Of a stretch of 57,360 nt of DNA, positions 12,831 to 26,949 are shown piece by piece. The position numbers and the translations under genes were made by a program. The stretch's first letter is position 1. Every line of letters starts with the position of its first letter. The DNA is from Parasitella parasitica NRRL 2501 (Eukaryota > Fungi > Mucoromycota): positions 1 to 57,360 of the forward strand of contig MU619403.1 in the NCBI GenBank assembly GCA_025201805.1. The letters are read 5' to 3'. The notes under the pieces are model-generated. The model was not told the origin of the DNA and ran no database searches. It saw only the letters and a program-made list of their open reading frames with translations.

Positions 12831-14973
12831 GATCTGGAGAAAAAGGGGATTATGGGAATATATTCTTGAAAATATAGCGTGGCTGGAAAGCTTGTACCAC
12901 TTCTTCTACCTTCGCTTCGGCAACTGTTGTATTTGTTCCTTGAACGTGGCACATTCACCATAAGGTTCACTATGAAGAACACGGCGACTGATATGGATAT
13001 TTCAAGACAATGACATCAGTTATTTAGTGAGCGTAAATAGTTGGGGATGGATATTCATCATGTAAAATATTTTCAAAGATATCATGATATTGGTTTACAT
13101 GAAATTGCATGCGCTGACGCTATTCAATGCTTAATGCTGCGATCAAAACTTTTTTTTTGTGCAACGAATATTACCATTATAAAGACTTTTATATAAAGCT
13201 CACTAACTAGTATATACACAAATGTACATGATTTTCACTGACATTACTTTGGTGGCCAGCTCATCTACTATATAATCTATTTCGGATTAGACCAATGCAA
13301 GGATATGCTAATTCAATGAGGATCCGAGAATTGATGTTCACGAATCAGAAATATCACCACCGAAAACAATCAGTATGTTGTGGATGTACTTGGTCGATTG
13401 AACAGAATTTTCTCGTTTTATGATCTTGACGTTCAGCGATTCAAGTTGTTCAACTACATCGGTCGTAAGAAGGTACATAATGAGCCCATAAATACTTTTT
13501 TGACCGGTGGAAAGAAATGCAATCCTGATGTCGATCGTCAATTCAGTTGAAATGATGCAAATACTTGTACCACTCAACAGGAAGCGAAGAAGAAGAACGC
13601 CACCCCATACAGAGATATCAGTTGAATCCTCAGCAACTAAAAGATAAATTTCACTTCTTGCATGTCTGCGGTATAATATTTTTATTAATACTATTGTGGA
13701 AATAGACGGAGGAAGCTTGAATTTCTGCTAACTCCTGAAGATGTGGTTCCGGTTGTATACTTGAGTCATTGTAATTTTGGAAGAAGATCAATTCGTGGAC
13801 GCCCGCATGGTTTGACAAGGACCTTTAAGAAGCTATTGCACGAAGAAGTCATCTTCTGCTGATAGATATCAATGAATGTTATACAAGTGTAGAGCGGTCG
13901 CGGGAGAAAATGACTTGGGACTCTGAAGCTCGGGAGCAGCAAAGCATATACCTTGTATTCTGTCTTGGTCTGTAAAAAACTTTGGACGTGAATGGTAACG
14001 AGATGTGAGCGTTGCACGCAACATTCAGGTTTTGGCAATAATAGGGATTATCAATGAACATCCCAAAGTATTCCATCAATCCGAGTATCATAAACTTGCG
14101 GCAGTTAGTCAGCGCAAATATAGTTGAAAAAGGAGGGATTTAGTACTATTACTAACGCTCAATTATATCAATGTCTTTTTTATTCATAACCCTACTTCAG
14201 TAAGAATAAAGAGGCAAAGTGACGGAAATTGAATTTGTGCAATAGCAGCAGCAGTAGCAAATGGATCAGATCAGAAAAGATACCTTGATAATACTAAAAT
14301 TCTTGCATGCTTTTCAATGCTTTTTAGGGTAGCTCCACTTGACAAAAACAACAATTGAAAAACCAGCATGTTTCAGCGCCGCTTTTTTTTTTTCTGATCT
14401 ACTTCTTCATGAATTCATGTTTCTAGCAAAAAGATAAATGATCCAATTATTAAAAGACGGTTCAAGTCTATCATCAATATTTTTTAAGCACAAATTGCTC
14501 ATAATGTATATATTAAAGAAATTAGCTTTAGCCGTATCAGTGCTACTAGTGCTAGCAGTAGTAGTAGTAGTAGCAGTAACAAAAGTAGATGTAGCTTCCG
14601 CGATGGCACTAATGTCTTGAAGGAAATCAGATGCAAAACATTTACATGAGTAAAACATTCTAGTAATTACACTGGAAATTTAAAACCACTGCCACCATTT
14701 GGATCTCAAGGCAGTTCTCTGAATATATGCTGATTCCTTTTCTAGTTCACATAAATTCGATGTGCGAGTGGCTGATAGCTGGTCTAAAAAATTGACATGT
14801 TCTTTTGTACGGTATTCGTGATATCAATGTTCGTCAGCTCTCTATCCTCTATCATGCGGAGATGGTAGTCCCTGTGCTAGTGACGTAGAGTTAAAGACAA
14901 CTCGAATCTAAACCAAGCCCTACCCCAAGTTGAATTTAACAACTTTCATCCTTTAATTCACAGTCGACCAACA

Positions 14974-15732
14974 ATGGGAGCAACACAATCCAAGTCATCC
15001 GAACCTGTCATCTTTTACAACCAAGGCAGCCCTCTCCAGGTTAGATTTGAAGAGATATACATGAAAAGCGTCTTGATTGCATTAAATTGATTCATTCTCC
15101 ATGAAAAGTTTTCTCAAGGATTTGAGCAAAATACCCCAAAGAATGACAAGGTAAACAATTGGCATTTGTTTGAAACGAACATACAAAGTATTTATTAATT
15201 ATTTCCACCCCCACCCCTTGTATATTATCTAGCAACCTGCTGCTGTTAGTGCTGAATCGAACGAGAAAATTGAGCAGCTTGTACGTGAGCGTGTTGAAGA
15301 GGAATTGAAGCGTGTTAGATCCCAACAAGAGCAAGTCAATAAGCGTACTTACGGTGATTTAGCGAAACAAAACATTGACAACGATCATAATTCGATTGCC
15401 ATGGCTGAGGATATTGATGGCATGATCCAAAAGTTGCAAAGGTATGTACCATCACCAGCCTCACCTTTGGAATTCAACTGATGACACAGTATAACGCAGA
15501 TCCACGCCTTCGGAAATCCCTAAAGCCATTGCTGAAAGTCAAGAAGCACTCATTGTTTGCTACAAGTAAGTGGTATTACTCGCTCATTCTAGAGATACAA
15601 GAGAGAAATTTATGAGGCGACAATTTTAGGAAAAATCAAGATAGACCCCTTGATTGCTGGGAAGAAGTCGAGCAATTCAAACATGCTGTTGCTGAGGAAC
15701 AAAAGAAATTCATCGCTACTCATCAGCGGTAA
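14974..15732 (+). CDS. MIC19: MICOS subunit Mic19-like (DUF1690/CHCH), 5 exons; not in the ORF track
   Basis: Spliced protein MGATQSKSSEPVIFYNQ (MGxxxS myristoylation motif), a coiled coil, then LIVCYKKNQDRPLDCWEEVEQFK (CX10C). All introns GT-AG and in phase. Confidence 0.85.
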
Positions 15733-15985
15733 ATTCAGGCGGATAGCGACCAAAACTGTATAATATTATATGCCCAGAACCATCAATTACTTATTTAAAA
15801 GATTTTAATGATATACTAGAATCTATTGAAGACAAACAAAAGCATTGAATTAAATTGATACAATTCGAGTTCTATTTGATAATTTAATTGGCTTGTAGTA
15901 AGGGAAGGAAAAAATGAGCTGGTTTGTTGGATTGAGTGTACAAAGAAAGAAAGAAAGAAAAAATAATTATAAAGATGAAGTTCGT

Positions 15986-18900
15986 CTACTGAGATTCATT
16001 CTTGAAGCTGAAAGAAGGGGCGCCAGGAATGGCAGATTCCGCAGCCTTCAGATCTTCTTCGGCCCATTGATCATGACCCAAAACCTGAATATCATTGAAG
16101 CCAAGAGCACGCTTGAACTCATTCTTGGCCTCTTCAAGAGTTTCGATCTCATTGAAGATCAAAGTACGTTGGAATCCAACAGGTCCATCCCTCAAAATTA
16201 GTTTCTTTTGTTCTTGAACAAAAGGCATTGTCTTTTTGTTTTTGAGGACACCCTGAGCACCGAGCTTTTCACGAATCTTGACATCATCAAACGTACCGTC
16301 AACAAAATTGTCTTTCATGGCGGCTAGACAAGCTTCTTGCCACTCGGGGAACTTGGTAGCGACGTAGATCTTGAGAGACTTGGGGGCGTTTGCGCTGTAT
16401 TCGACAGCAGCTTTTCCCTTTTTCTTTTTCATGGCATTCGTCTCAGCATCACGAATAGACTTGATAGTTTTACGAATGTAGCGAGTGGCAGCGTCGAGAG
16501 ATTCGTCTACAGGTGCAGAGAGCTTGGGGAACTTGGCGTCCACAATTAAACCGTCCTTTTTGAGAATAGTGCCCCAGACATGCTCAGACCAATGAGGAGT
16601 AATAGGTGCAAGCAACAAAGTTTGAAGTTCAATGTAGCGCATGACAAGATCCTTGTGCATGCAAGCATCAGAACAGGCAAGTTGATAAACATCCTTGGCA
16701 GCTAGGAAATCATATACACCGTTCTTGAGAACATCACGGTAATGAGTAGCTTCATAGGCGGCTTCGGTGATTTCGAGCAACTTGTTCATTTCATTGTCAA
16801 AGATCTTGTCGAAATAGTTGAATTCGCCAGTACGGAGAGTGTCAGCCTTGCTGATTTGTTCCTCGATCCATTCTAAAAGAGTATGGAGACGTAAAATGGC
16901 AGCATTGGCAGTGGAGTCCTCAAAATTGGCATCTTCAGCAGTGTCGCCAGCGTCAGCGAGGGCAAAGCGAGTAGCATCAGCACCATACTTTATAATAGCA
17001 TCGTTCATGGTCATAAAGTTGCCAGTAGACTTGGACATCTTTTTGGAGTCAAGCATCAAGTGACCATTAGAACGAACACCGCGAGGCCACATGCTTTCAG
17101 GGAAGATAGCAGTGTGGTTATACAAAAAGAAGGTCAAATGGTTGGGAATAAGATCCTTGCCAGAAGCACGAAGATCTAAGGGATAAAAGTACTCGTACTC
17201 ACGTCTCAGACGATTAAGGGTAGCTTGGGGGATGGTGCTTTGGGAAGAGTACTCGCCAATCTTAAACATGTAATCCCAATCAGCATCCATCAGTTGTTCA
17301 GCCTTGATGCCAGCGGGACCGACCTTGCTACCGTCCAAAGAGCCACCGTGCAAGAGGTTAGCGACTGTGTAATAGGCCATGTAGATGGTGGAATCAGAGA
17401 GCGATTCAACCAAAAATTGCTCATCCCATGGTAACTTGGTGCCTAAACCAAAACTACGAGCACAGGCCCATTTGTTCAACCAATCCAAAACGGCTACAAA
17501 CTGATGCTTAGTTTCGGCCGTGAAAGTGTTCATTTGATCCAGACACTTTTTAGTCTTGGCCAACCATTCCTCTTCTCCGTAGTCAATGTACCATTGATCC
17601 ATGAGAGCAACAACGCACTCATCGCCAGAGCGAGACATGACTAGACTCTCGGGTTCGTTGTAAGCAAAGGCCTCGCCAGACTCAATCAAATCAGATCTGA
17701 CCTTGGTCTTGGCATCTTGCACCTTTTCACCATCATACTTACCAACGCACATGACGCCGTTATAGAAGCCTTCCTTGTAAGCGATTTCCTTGGCTTCAGC
17801 GAGTTGATTCTTGTCTTTTTGAGAGTTGATTTTTTTGATTTCACACAGCTTGGGAGCAATGAGATTACCATAGTTGGGAGTTTCGATAACAGGAATGGGC
17901 TCAACAAAATTGACCCATTCAGGATCAATGTGGTAATACTCGGGCTTCTTTTTGAGGTCAGACAGAGTGGCGAAATCGTCAGGAGAGTCAGAGGGAACTG
18001 ATGTGACAACACCAGTACCCTTGGTGGCCAGCACAGTCTCCATGGGAAGGACGTAGACGGCAGGATATTTGCTCAAAGGAGCATGGATCTTGGTGCCGAC
18101 AACAGCAGCACCTTTAATATCGGCAAGCTTTTCAATGGTGGTACGACCGTTAGCAAAGATCTTTTGCTGAGACATGTTGCGAACAGCACGTTCAGTACAG
18201 AGGTAGGCATCAGTATCATTAATGTTGTAAATACCGTATTGAAGCTCAGGACCGACGAAACAGTTTGTTTGGCCGTACATGGTTTCAGGTCTGAGAGTCG
18301 CTGCAACCAAATAAACATTCTTACCCTTGAGAGCATCGGCATGGACAGCAAGAGCCTTTTGTGCGGGATCTGACCATTCAAGCACCTTCATCTTGATACC
18401 AGTGTAATCCTGAGGGCCCACAGCTTCACCAGAAGAGCGATCGTGATCCATACAGGGCTGATTGTCCAAAATTGAGTAAATGGTGTAACGCTCGCCGAAT
18501 TTGATCTTTTTCATTTGTCTTAACTTTCTCATTTGCCAGCGAACAAATGAGTCATAGTAGGGATTGGCATCGGTGGTGATGAAAGAACGACGCCAATCCA
18601 CCTTGGCACCAAAGGCGTCCATGTCAGAGATGGTTTGGGGAGGGAAGAATTCAGTCCAGTAGTAAGGCTCGGCAAACTTGTGAATCTCGGTGATGGGAAT
18701 GCCAAGAGAGAGCATAATTTGGAACTGATAAGTGACATTGCCGGTCTTTGCAGCAACTTTGCTCTTGACGTTCTTGACCTCAGCCTTCTTTTCAAGGGCA
18801 TCGGCCAAGGCTAACACTTCGTACTTTTCAAAGTTTTTTCCAAACATTTTCATTTCACGGGCAATTTTATCAGCGCTGGCCTACGAGTAGATGTTTGCAA

Positions 18901-19323
18901 ATAGGTTGGCACTTTTGTGCATCAGTGCAGTGCAACGCTTTGTTCTTACCTTGATGGGCATACCAGTGCAATGGAAACCTTGCGGCAGAAGGGCTCTCTT
19001 TCCCTTCATACGTTGGTAGCCAGTGCCGAATTCTACCTTGGAGAAGGTGAAGGCATGTCCTAAATGGAGACGGCCGTTCATATAAGGATAGGGCATGCAA
19101 GACATATACTTTGGGTAGACTTCATGGAGATCGTCAGAGTTGGCGTGTTCCTCAATAGAGGGAGCGTCAATCTCGAATGCCTTTTTGCTGTCCCACAGGG
19201 AACGCGCCTTTTCTTCAAAGGCACGGAGAGCATCACGCTTAGCGGTCTAGTGTGAATTGATTAGTCTATGCGACCACATGCTAGTGTCGCCTATTTATCT
19301 ACCTTGGGTGCTTCGGCTGCCAT
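15986..19323 (-). CDS. LARS1: Cytosolic leucyl-tRNA synthetase
   Basis: PYPYMNGRLHLGH (HIGH), the CP1 editing region GTGVVTSVPSDSPDD, and KMSKS. Introns 19247-19302 and 18881-18949; start MAAEAPK. Confidence 0.98.
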
Positions 19324-19893
19324 TTTTGCTCAGAACAAGTGGTTGATATAAAGGAAAAGAGCACACAATAGTTCCTTGCTGGAAAAAATATATTTTTGGG
19401 GGGGGGGCGGTTACCAAACATGTCAAAAAAAAAGTACCTGTGCCAATGGTGGCTTGTTGTTCTTGCTCTTATGAATGCCATTGGGGCAAAGGATTGACTC
19501 ATCTTTGGTCTACGTTTTGGCCAGTTAGCATAATGTAGTATATGTGGTCAGTCAAACAAGTCAATAGTTTAAAATGAAACACACTAGCAATGTTACCTAA
19601 TAGATGCTTCTGAGCCAGCGCTGTTTTTCCAAGCAGTGATGCCATGAAAGTGTGTGCTTAGTAGCGTAAGAGCAGCTGTTTCTGTGTTTGCAAGAATGTA
19701 GTAAGGTTGTAAAAAGAAGATGGCTGACATCACGTAGGTATAGCTTGTAACTTTCGTGGGCTTGCAAAAAAGGCTATTTTTCCAAGGGATTTTCAGGGTT
19801 TTTGGAGCGTTAGTTTGTATATAGCATGATAATACAGACTGATCATCGCAATTTTCTGTCTCCTCGTATTTTAGCTTTTTTTTTTTTTTTTTT

Positions 19894-19918
19894 NNNNNNN
19901 NNNNNNNNNNNNNNNNNN
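19894..19918. other. Assembly gap (N run)
   Basis: Seen directly, next to a poly(T) run. Confidence 1.
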
Positions 19919-20486
19919 TCATAGTCTGTGATCTTGCAAGCGTAGCATTTATATTATCCTTCTTCAATGGTCTCTATTATGCACAGAACGGTGAGTTGCC
20001 GAAATGTCTGCATATTAGTCACGTACCTGTTTTGGCACGACGGAAAGCGCAGTAAAAATAGAGACTATGACAATGGCGTTTTAGCAAGCAGCTCTAAAAA
20101 AAAAGCTTGAAATTCGGATCAATAATCAAAATCATAATAACACAATGAATTGTGGAGATCGGTGCGCCTTTCCTTCTATCTTCGTTTTTGCTAATCTTTG
20201 CAATTTACTCCTTACCTCATCAAACATATTACATGTATTACAGGTAAGCTGTCCTTCCTAAAAAGTTTGCATGCAGGAAGATCAAAAAAAGAGTGAATCA
20301 AAGAAGGCTCAGCAGTTTGTTTATTTATTGTAGCAAACCTCAAGAACAGCATACTCCAGCTTTTCCCCTTTCTCTCTCTCTATCTCTCCCTTGAATTCTG
20401 TTGAATCCCTTTTTTTTTTTTTTTGTTAATTCTTTCTTGGCTCTTGCTCATCCTTCATTTTCTGCTTTCTTCTTTATTTCAACTAG

Positions 20487-22783
20487 ATGAACTTGCTGCA
20501 TCTTGTCTTTGCGATATCTTTAGTGGTATCCGTGAATGGAGTGGCTGCAGTGCCTGGTGCTGTACCAGTGCCTGGCAAGCCTGTGTATGTCCCGCAAGCA
20601 AATGCAATTTACGTATTTTCCTTCTCAAAGAACACTCAGTCCGATAATAAACTTTCTGTTATTGATTTAAAGCAAAGCTTCAACACATTGAAGCCACCAG
20701 TGTAAGGACGTTATATATGTGTATATATATTGTATATGATATCCCTGATTTTCATTCGTCTTGAACACATATTACAGTACAGACATATCTTCACAAATTA
20801 CCAACAACCAATGTCCCGTCATCCATTTCGCAACAGCACTGATTGATGCAGACGGCGTTAGCGTAAACATATTTGGTGCTGGAAGCAACATAAACGGAGT
20901 GTTCGAGTCGACAATGACAACATGTCAGTACAATACAAAATCAAATTCCTGGAAGCAGATCATCACCCCAATCAATGCTCCTTTGGCCAGACGAAACGCT
21001 GCTTTCGAGAACTCCCAAACAAATTTGACTTTTGTATTTGGTAAATATCGCACTATTATTATATTAATGTTTACATGAGGATATTAATAGCCATCACATA
21101 GGAGGAAGCTCTGAAGTAATCACAGGCTTGAGCGCAAGCTCGTCGTTCTATCCAAACTACTGGCATCAGGACGTCTCAATCTACGACAGCAAGAGCGCTC
21201 AATGGCTCAATACGGGCCTGACTTATGGCAGCGGCCCTACCAGAGCCAATGCAACCCTCACCCAAATCAGGTTTGTATTTACCTTGAGAAACTTATGTAA
21301 TATTTCTTATTTACATCCTTCTAGTGACACAAACGGACAACTTGTCGTGGTAGGCGGTGCAGTTATCAACAACAGCTCGCAGCCAGACATGGTTACCAAC
21401 TTTCCCTTGGCCAATATGTCTGACATTATCGCTTTAGATCCTCGTTCTTGTAAGTCCTTTGCTGCTCCTTTCCCAGCTTGATTCTAACAAATTGACTTAG
21501 CGAGATGGACCAACATCGTGGCTACTGGAGACGCCATCCCGCCGCCAAGAAAGCATCACACAACTACGCTGCATCCAGACGGACACACGCTCATAGTCAT
21601 CGGCGGAGAGAATTTTAACGACTCTGGCGCCTATTTGTTGAACGATGTTTGGACTCTGGATACCCGAGATATGAGCAGCTATACATGGAGCCAACCTCCT
21701 ATTCAGGGAGTCGGATTGTACCGCTCCAACCATACCTCAATCCTCATTGGTGACCAAATATGGGTTATTGCCGGCACCAACACATCTGCAAAGGCAGTCG
21801 ATATCCAGCTTCTGAATGTAACAGATTGGACCTGGTCTTTCCAGGCCGTGTCCACTTACACGCCTCCAGAGAACAAGAACATTGGCAGCCTCGTAGGAAC
21901 CATCGTTGGTGTCATTGGCGCCGCTCTGGTGATTGGTTTGTGTGTGGGTCTCTGGTGGTGCCGCAGGAAACGAATAAAGCCATTCTCCAAGGAGAAAAAA
22001 AGCAACTCTTTGCCTATTCCCTACAGCGACGAAAACGGCCCATACGGCAACGAGCATAGCCAGCAGATGTACAATAATAACGGCCATCGTACATCTCAAG
22101 ATACCTCGGCCGTATTAGCAACTTCTAAAATCACCAGCCATCCGTCCATGTCGACCACCACGTCTAACAATAACATTGTAAACGACTGGAATAATCAGCA
22201 AGCCATGACAAGCCATCCCCCAAACATCAACACTGGCGTCAACTACTATAACGGAGGCCCGTACAGCAGCAACAACACAACTCCCTTGGCTCCTAATAGG
22301 ACATCTCCTGACAGAAACCAGGCGCAGTACTACGACACCAATTACTTTACTGACGGCAACAACAATGTCTACAACGAACACAATTACGGACCAGGTTACA
22401 TTCCTGCAAACATGGACAGCCCTCATCAGCGCCAGTCGTTTGGCTACTGGGACGCGCCACCTCCTCAATTCCCCGCGTAAGTATCAATGCTTATAACCGT
22501 CTTCAATACACGTACTGAACTCATATGTATCCAATAGCGATGCTTATCAAATAGATAGTAATCATAATATTATGTTGACACCTATGGGAAGGACAGATGA
22601 ATCTGGCAGGCCTATTCCTCCGCCATCAAGACAACATTTACAAAAGCCAAACGAACTTGATAATAGCAATAATCCCTTGGTCTCTCCTGATGCATCTGCC
22701 ACAGTCTATACCTCATCAACCGGAGACGATGACCAGACAGCAACGCAGGGAAACTATTCTGGATCAGATGATCCTCTGGTTCA

Positions 22784-22822
<39 letters not shown>

Positions 22823-22829
22823 AAGTTGA
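20487..22829 (+). CDS. Secreted/type-I membrane kelch (beta-propeller) repeat protein with a disordered cytoplasmic tail
   Basis: Signal peptide MNLLHLVFAISLVVSVNG, kelch-like GG repeats (FVFGG, VVVGG, LIVIGG, PPPRKHHT), and TM segment LVGTIVGVIGAALVIGLCVGLWWC followed by RRKR. Five GT-AG introns in phase. Confidence 0.85.
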
Positions 22830-23599
22830 GAAAACACTAGTACTTGATTAATATAATTTGATTTATTCGTTCCATCTATATAATAAAAAGTATATAATCC
22901 ATGTTGGATAATTACTCGGTATAAACAAAACCTCGCTCCAAGTTCCTGGGATACTGCATCAAATATTTTCTGCTTTCAGGAGGCGTAAAAAATTACCAGC
23001 AAAGTTTTCGACTATAATGAATATCATGTAACCGATTCGTATAGTTAGTGCTGATCAAATAAATAGGCGTTTAAAACAAGGATCTTTGGATTACCTATAA
23101 AAACGTCGGCATATAGACTCATCACACACAGCAGTACTATATGAGGAATATAAGTTTTGCAAGTTTGTTTTCTGCCAGTCTGTGAGCCTAAAGCGCGTTG
23201 AATCTATTACTTGCATTGAGATCATCAGAAAACAGACATAACCTTCTTTATTTCGAATCTCTTTATGATTAATGGCCGCCTTGCTGATCTGATACACATA
23301 CAATAATATCGCCATATTTCCAACTTTCAAGCACATCAAAGTTTGGGAATACAGAGGCTTAAGGTTTGACAGGTGGCACGTACTACCAGCCTAAACTTGG
23401 AAATTCAGGTACGAAAAAGTAGACATACGAGGAGTAATATTTCTTTTTCAGCTTTTCTGAAGAAACCACTTCCTTTGAAGGCAATCATAATGTCTCTATT
23501 TGATAACCATACAGTTTAATTTTTGAAAAACAAGCAAAGCCATATAATACATTCATTTACATTCATTTTTTTTTTTTTTTTTTTTTTTTTAATAAAAAA

Positions 23600-23646
<47 letters not shown>

Positions 23647-23662
23647 AAAAAAAAAATCATAA

Positions 23663-25632
23663 TTACACCTTTGTCATAAGCTGGGGTTTGAGTTTATACT
23701 TTAGATACATGGTTACAAACGCTGACAGTATAAAAGCCAATCCAGTAAACATTTGGTGTGCAAAAAATGAATGCTTGTTAGTAGCTGCTTGTATCGCCCC
23801 GGCCAAAGAAGGGCCGAATCTTGCTCCGGTCATGAAGAATAGATACAAGCATATGCCTGACGGATATTTTTCCATGCCGGTAATTGTAGCCGTGATAGGA
23901 GCCACTATTTAGAGTTTTTTACGCGTTAGATGCAAAATCATGCTCAGATTGGATGCCAACTTACACAGCGAGAAGACAGCACCACTCATGAATCCGTAGA
24001 TCAAGATAAAGATCATAAGCATGGCGAAGGAATTGGCAAATGTCCAGATGAATAACGAACTAAGTCCACAGGTGAATAAAAACATGATATCGACATTGAC
24101 GACACCGATATGATCGCCCAGATAGCTATGATAGAACGAGTTAAAGGTTGATTGCTACGTACGTGTATGTAAATACGCTGACTTACCCAGATATGATACG
24201 GCCCAATACGTTTACTGCAGAAAATACAGCCACCAACATTGACCCCTGACTCGGCGATAACCCAATTTTCGTGGCATGAGATGGCAGAAAGAATGCAGGG
24301 ACAAAGTATGATAACATGCTCAGATTTCCAGCAATACACCAAATGATGAATTTACGGTCTTTACAGATACTAAGATTGATTATATCTTTCAATTGCGTCT
24401 TTTTGGCGTTCGGCATCCCGGGCTTCTCTCTTAATAAAATGGTTGCGATCAAACTCACTACAAAAGTGATGATACCAAGCACACGATAGCACCTACAAAA
24501 TAATCGTGTGGAACAAGGAATGGAGACTAAGTAACAGCGTTTTCAAAATTATACAAAAGGGGAAACTTTAAACACATACCAAGCTCCTCCAAGCGTTTCA
24601 TTCAACATTGTCATGACGAATGGCATAATCAAACCACCAATACCTGAGCCGCTGACCATAACACCCATTGCAAAACCTCTTCTCTTCACAAACCATTGAG
24701 GAGAAATAGACATGGAGACCTGAGATGTGTATTAGCTGGGCCCTACGTGCATAAATATATCTCTAGTACGTACAATATACAATAGCGCTGCACCCATGCC
24801 ATGCATAACGCTCTGAGTAATATACAACTGCCACACCTGAGTAGAAAAACTCGCCAATATCAGGCCAGCTGATATCAAAACTGTACCAAAAAACAGCACC
24901 CATCGAGCTCCTACGAGAGACATGAAAAAGGGAGTAATGGGGCCCATTAGGCCACAAAAAGCGAAACCGATAGTGCCAACAAAGCTCAGCTCTGTAACAT
25001 CTACAGATCCTCGAAAGACTTGTCTGTCAAAGTAGTCTTGCATAATACCTGCGACAAATGTTAGCATGGTTGCTTGAATGTAGACATATTGCATACTGTG
25101 TATACGATGTGTAGAGAAAATATGCTGCACTTCTCCCTTCGTATACCGCACACATGTACACAACAAGATTATAGTGTATGAAATCACTTACCCCTACATT
25201 TGCATTGATGCAAAGATATAAAAGAGATCTACAGGTTAGCATTGCGGTGCATATCCGGAGTTGATTATATTCTGTAAAAAGCATTTACCAGCTTGACAAT
25301 GTGCACATACTGATTGCCTGTGCAAGAAATCCGCCCACCAATATTGCCCACCTATAAGGATCTTCTGGCTCGTCTTGCTGCTCCTCAGCTATTGTAAGTT
25401 CTTCGCTCTCAGAGTACATTGCCTCTTCCTTCTTCTTTTCTGAAATGTAGCCAGAATCAGATAAGCTGCCAGTTCTGAGTAATCTATCTAGTCTAGTGGG
25501 TTGCTGTGAATTGATTGTGCTGACATTGGATAGCTGGCTTGATGATACAACGGTGCTGTTGTCATCTAGCGATGGCCTTGAATCATTTTCAAAATTGATT
25601 TTTGGTAATTTGGGAATACTTGAATCTCTCAT
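23663..25632 (-). CDS. MFS monocarboxylate-porter family (Mch/MCT-like) transporter, multi-exon, including a 2-nt micro-exon
   Basis: W-x-I-L-V-G-G-F N-terminal helix, SWGIMQDYF after splicing, LSFVGT, WQLYITQSVMHGMG, PQWFVKRRGFAMG, and GRIISG motifs. Confidence 0.9.
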
Positions 25633-26949
25633 CTTTTTTTTTTTCTTTTTTTCTTTTTCTTTTGAAAACGAGTGTGTGCTATTTTGAAAGGAAGGAAAGA
25701 GAATAAATGAGAAGAAGAAGGGAAGAAAGGGGAATGTATTTATATGAAATGTGCAAGCAGTAACAACAGCTAGATCAGAAAATCATTAGCAATACAAAGA
25801 CTAAAGTATATATATATATTTATATATACACGTATTGTCATTTACTCACTGGTTTGAGAGTGTAATTGATAATCAAGGGATATCCAAATCTATATTCTGT
25901 AATTGATTATCTTTTTTGTATATTTTTCCGTTTTACGGACAACGGGGTAGTTTATATATCAATTCTGTTCAATCTGGTTTTGTTGTTGTCCTCCTAATTT
26001 TTTCTGCTCCAATTTTACTCTTGTTCTTTATATATGGTTTTCTAATACATGACAACAGAAACATGCTCCTCGGCCAGTAATCTCTGTCCGCTCATACGCT
26101 GTTCAGGCGAATCGAGCGCCATTCGATGCGTTGTGAAAGCTTATTCATTATGTTTGTTTGATGCACATAGATTTCCGATGGAAATATACATGACGCACAA
26201 TTTGCCGACATTAAGGTTCTACATACAAACCATTATTACATTATGCAACTTTATTGCAGTATTTCATCAATGATGATGATGATGATGAAGAAGGGGGGCC
26301 CGGGTTCATTTATAGGGCATCTTTATTGACAAGTCAAATGCTCATGTTGTGTCGATCACATATACATGTCACCTTCCACATGAGCATGCGAAAGCCATAT
26401 ACCATGTACTGTATATTTCAGAGAGCATTTAAACCGCGGTGCTATCGTGTAGGCGAGCTGTTGCAGTAGACTTTCTATTTCAGGAGAATATCCTCAGATT
26501 TGTAGTTTAAATATAGATACACAAAGAAAAAAAAAAAGATCTACATCATGTCAAAACTTTGGCCGTCTACCAGCAATGCGTTACTTATGTACCGAAATTG
26601 TATCTTAGATTTAATGATTAACTGACAACATCAAAAACAAAGACAATACATTCCTTCTCTCCATATCTTTGTTTCTCCAACATGCTTTCTCTCCTTCTTA
26701 TAAGCAATTTTGAACTAAAAATTGGCACTAAAGCATAGAACAACCATCCCCTTACATATCCAGCCTACATAATGGATGATAAGTGTTTTAGATGCTATAT
26801 AGATAAAACAGGAGAAGGAAGGGACAAAGAAAATAATATCTCAACCTGGGTAACCTGACTACACTGTATTATATACAACATGTTCCCGATAAAGGCTTTA
26901 TTGGTAAAATTTTAGTTGCATTCAAAATATCCCTCTTCGTTTGGCCGCT

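Noticed and set aside
13338-14660. Short minus-strand ORFs as a gene
   Set aside because: Multiple stops in all frames and no recognisable motif; may be a decayed gene but cannot be supported.
16337-18381. Antisense and alternate-frame ORFs in LeuRS (similar ones in the TF, CHS and kelch genes)
   Set aside because: Shadow ORFs expected from codon bias and trinucleotide repeats.
19593-19967. 124-aa ORF spanning the gap
   Set aside because: Built across N and poly(A) runs; no motif support.
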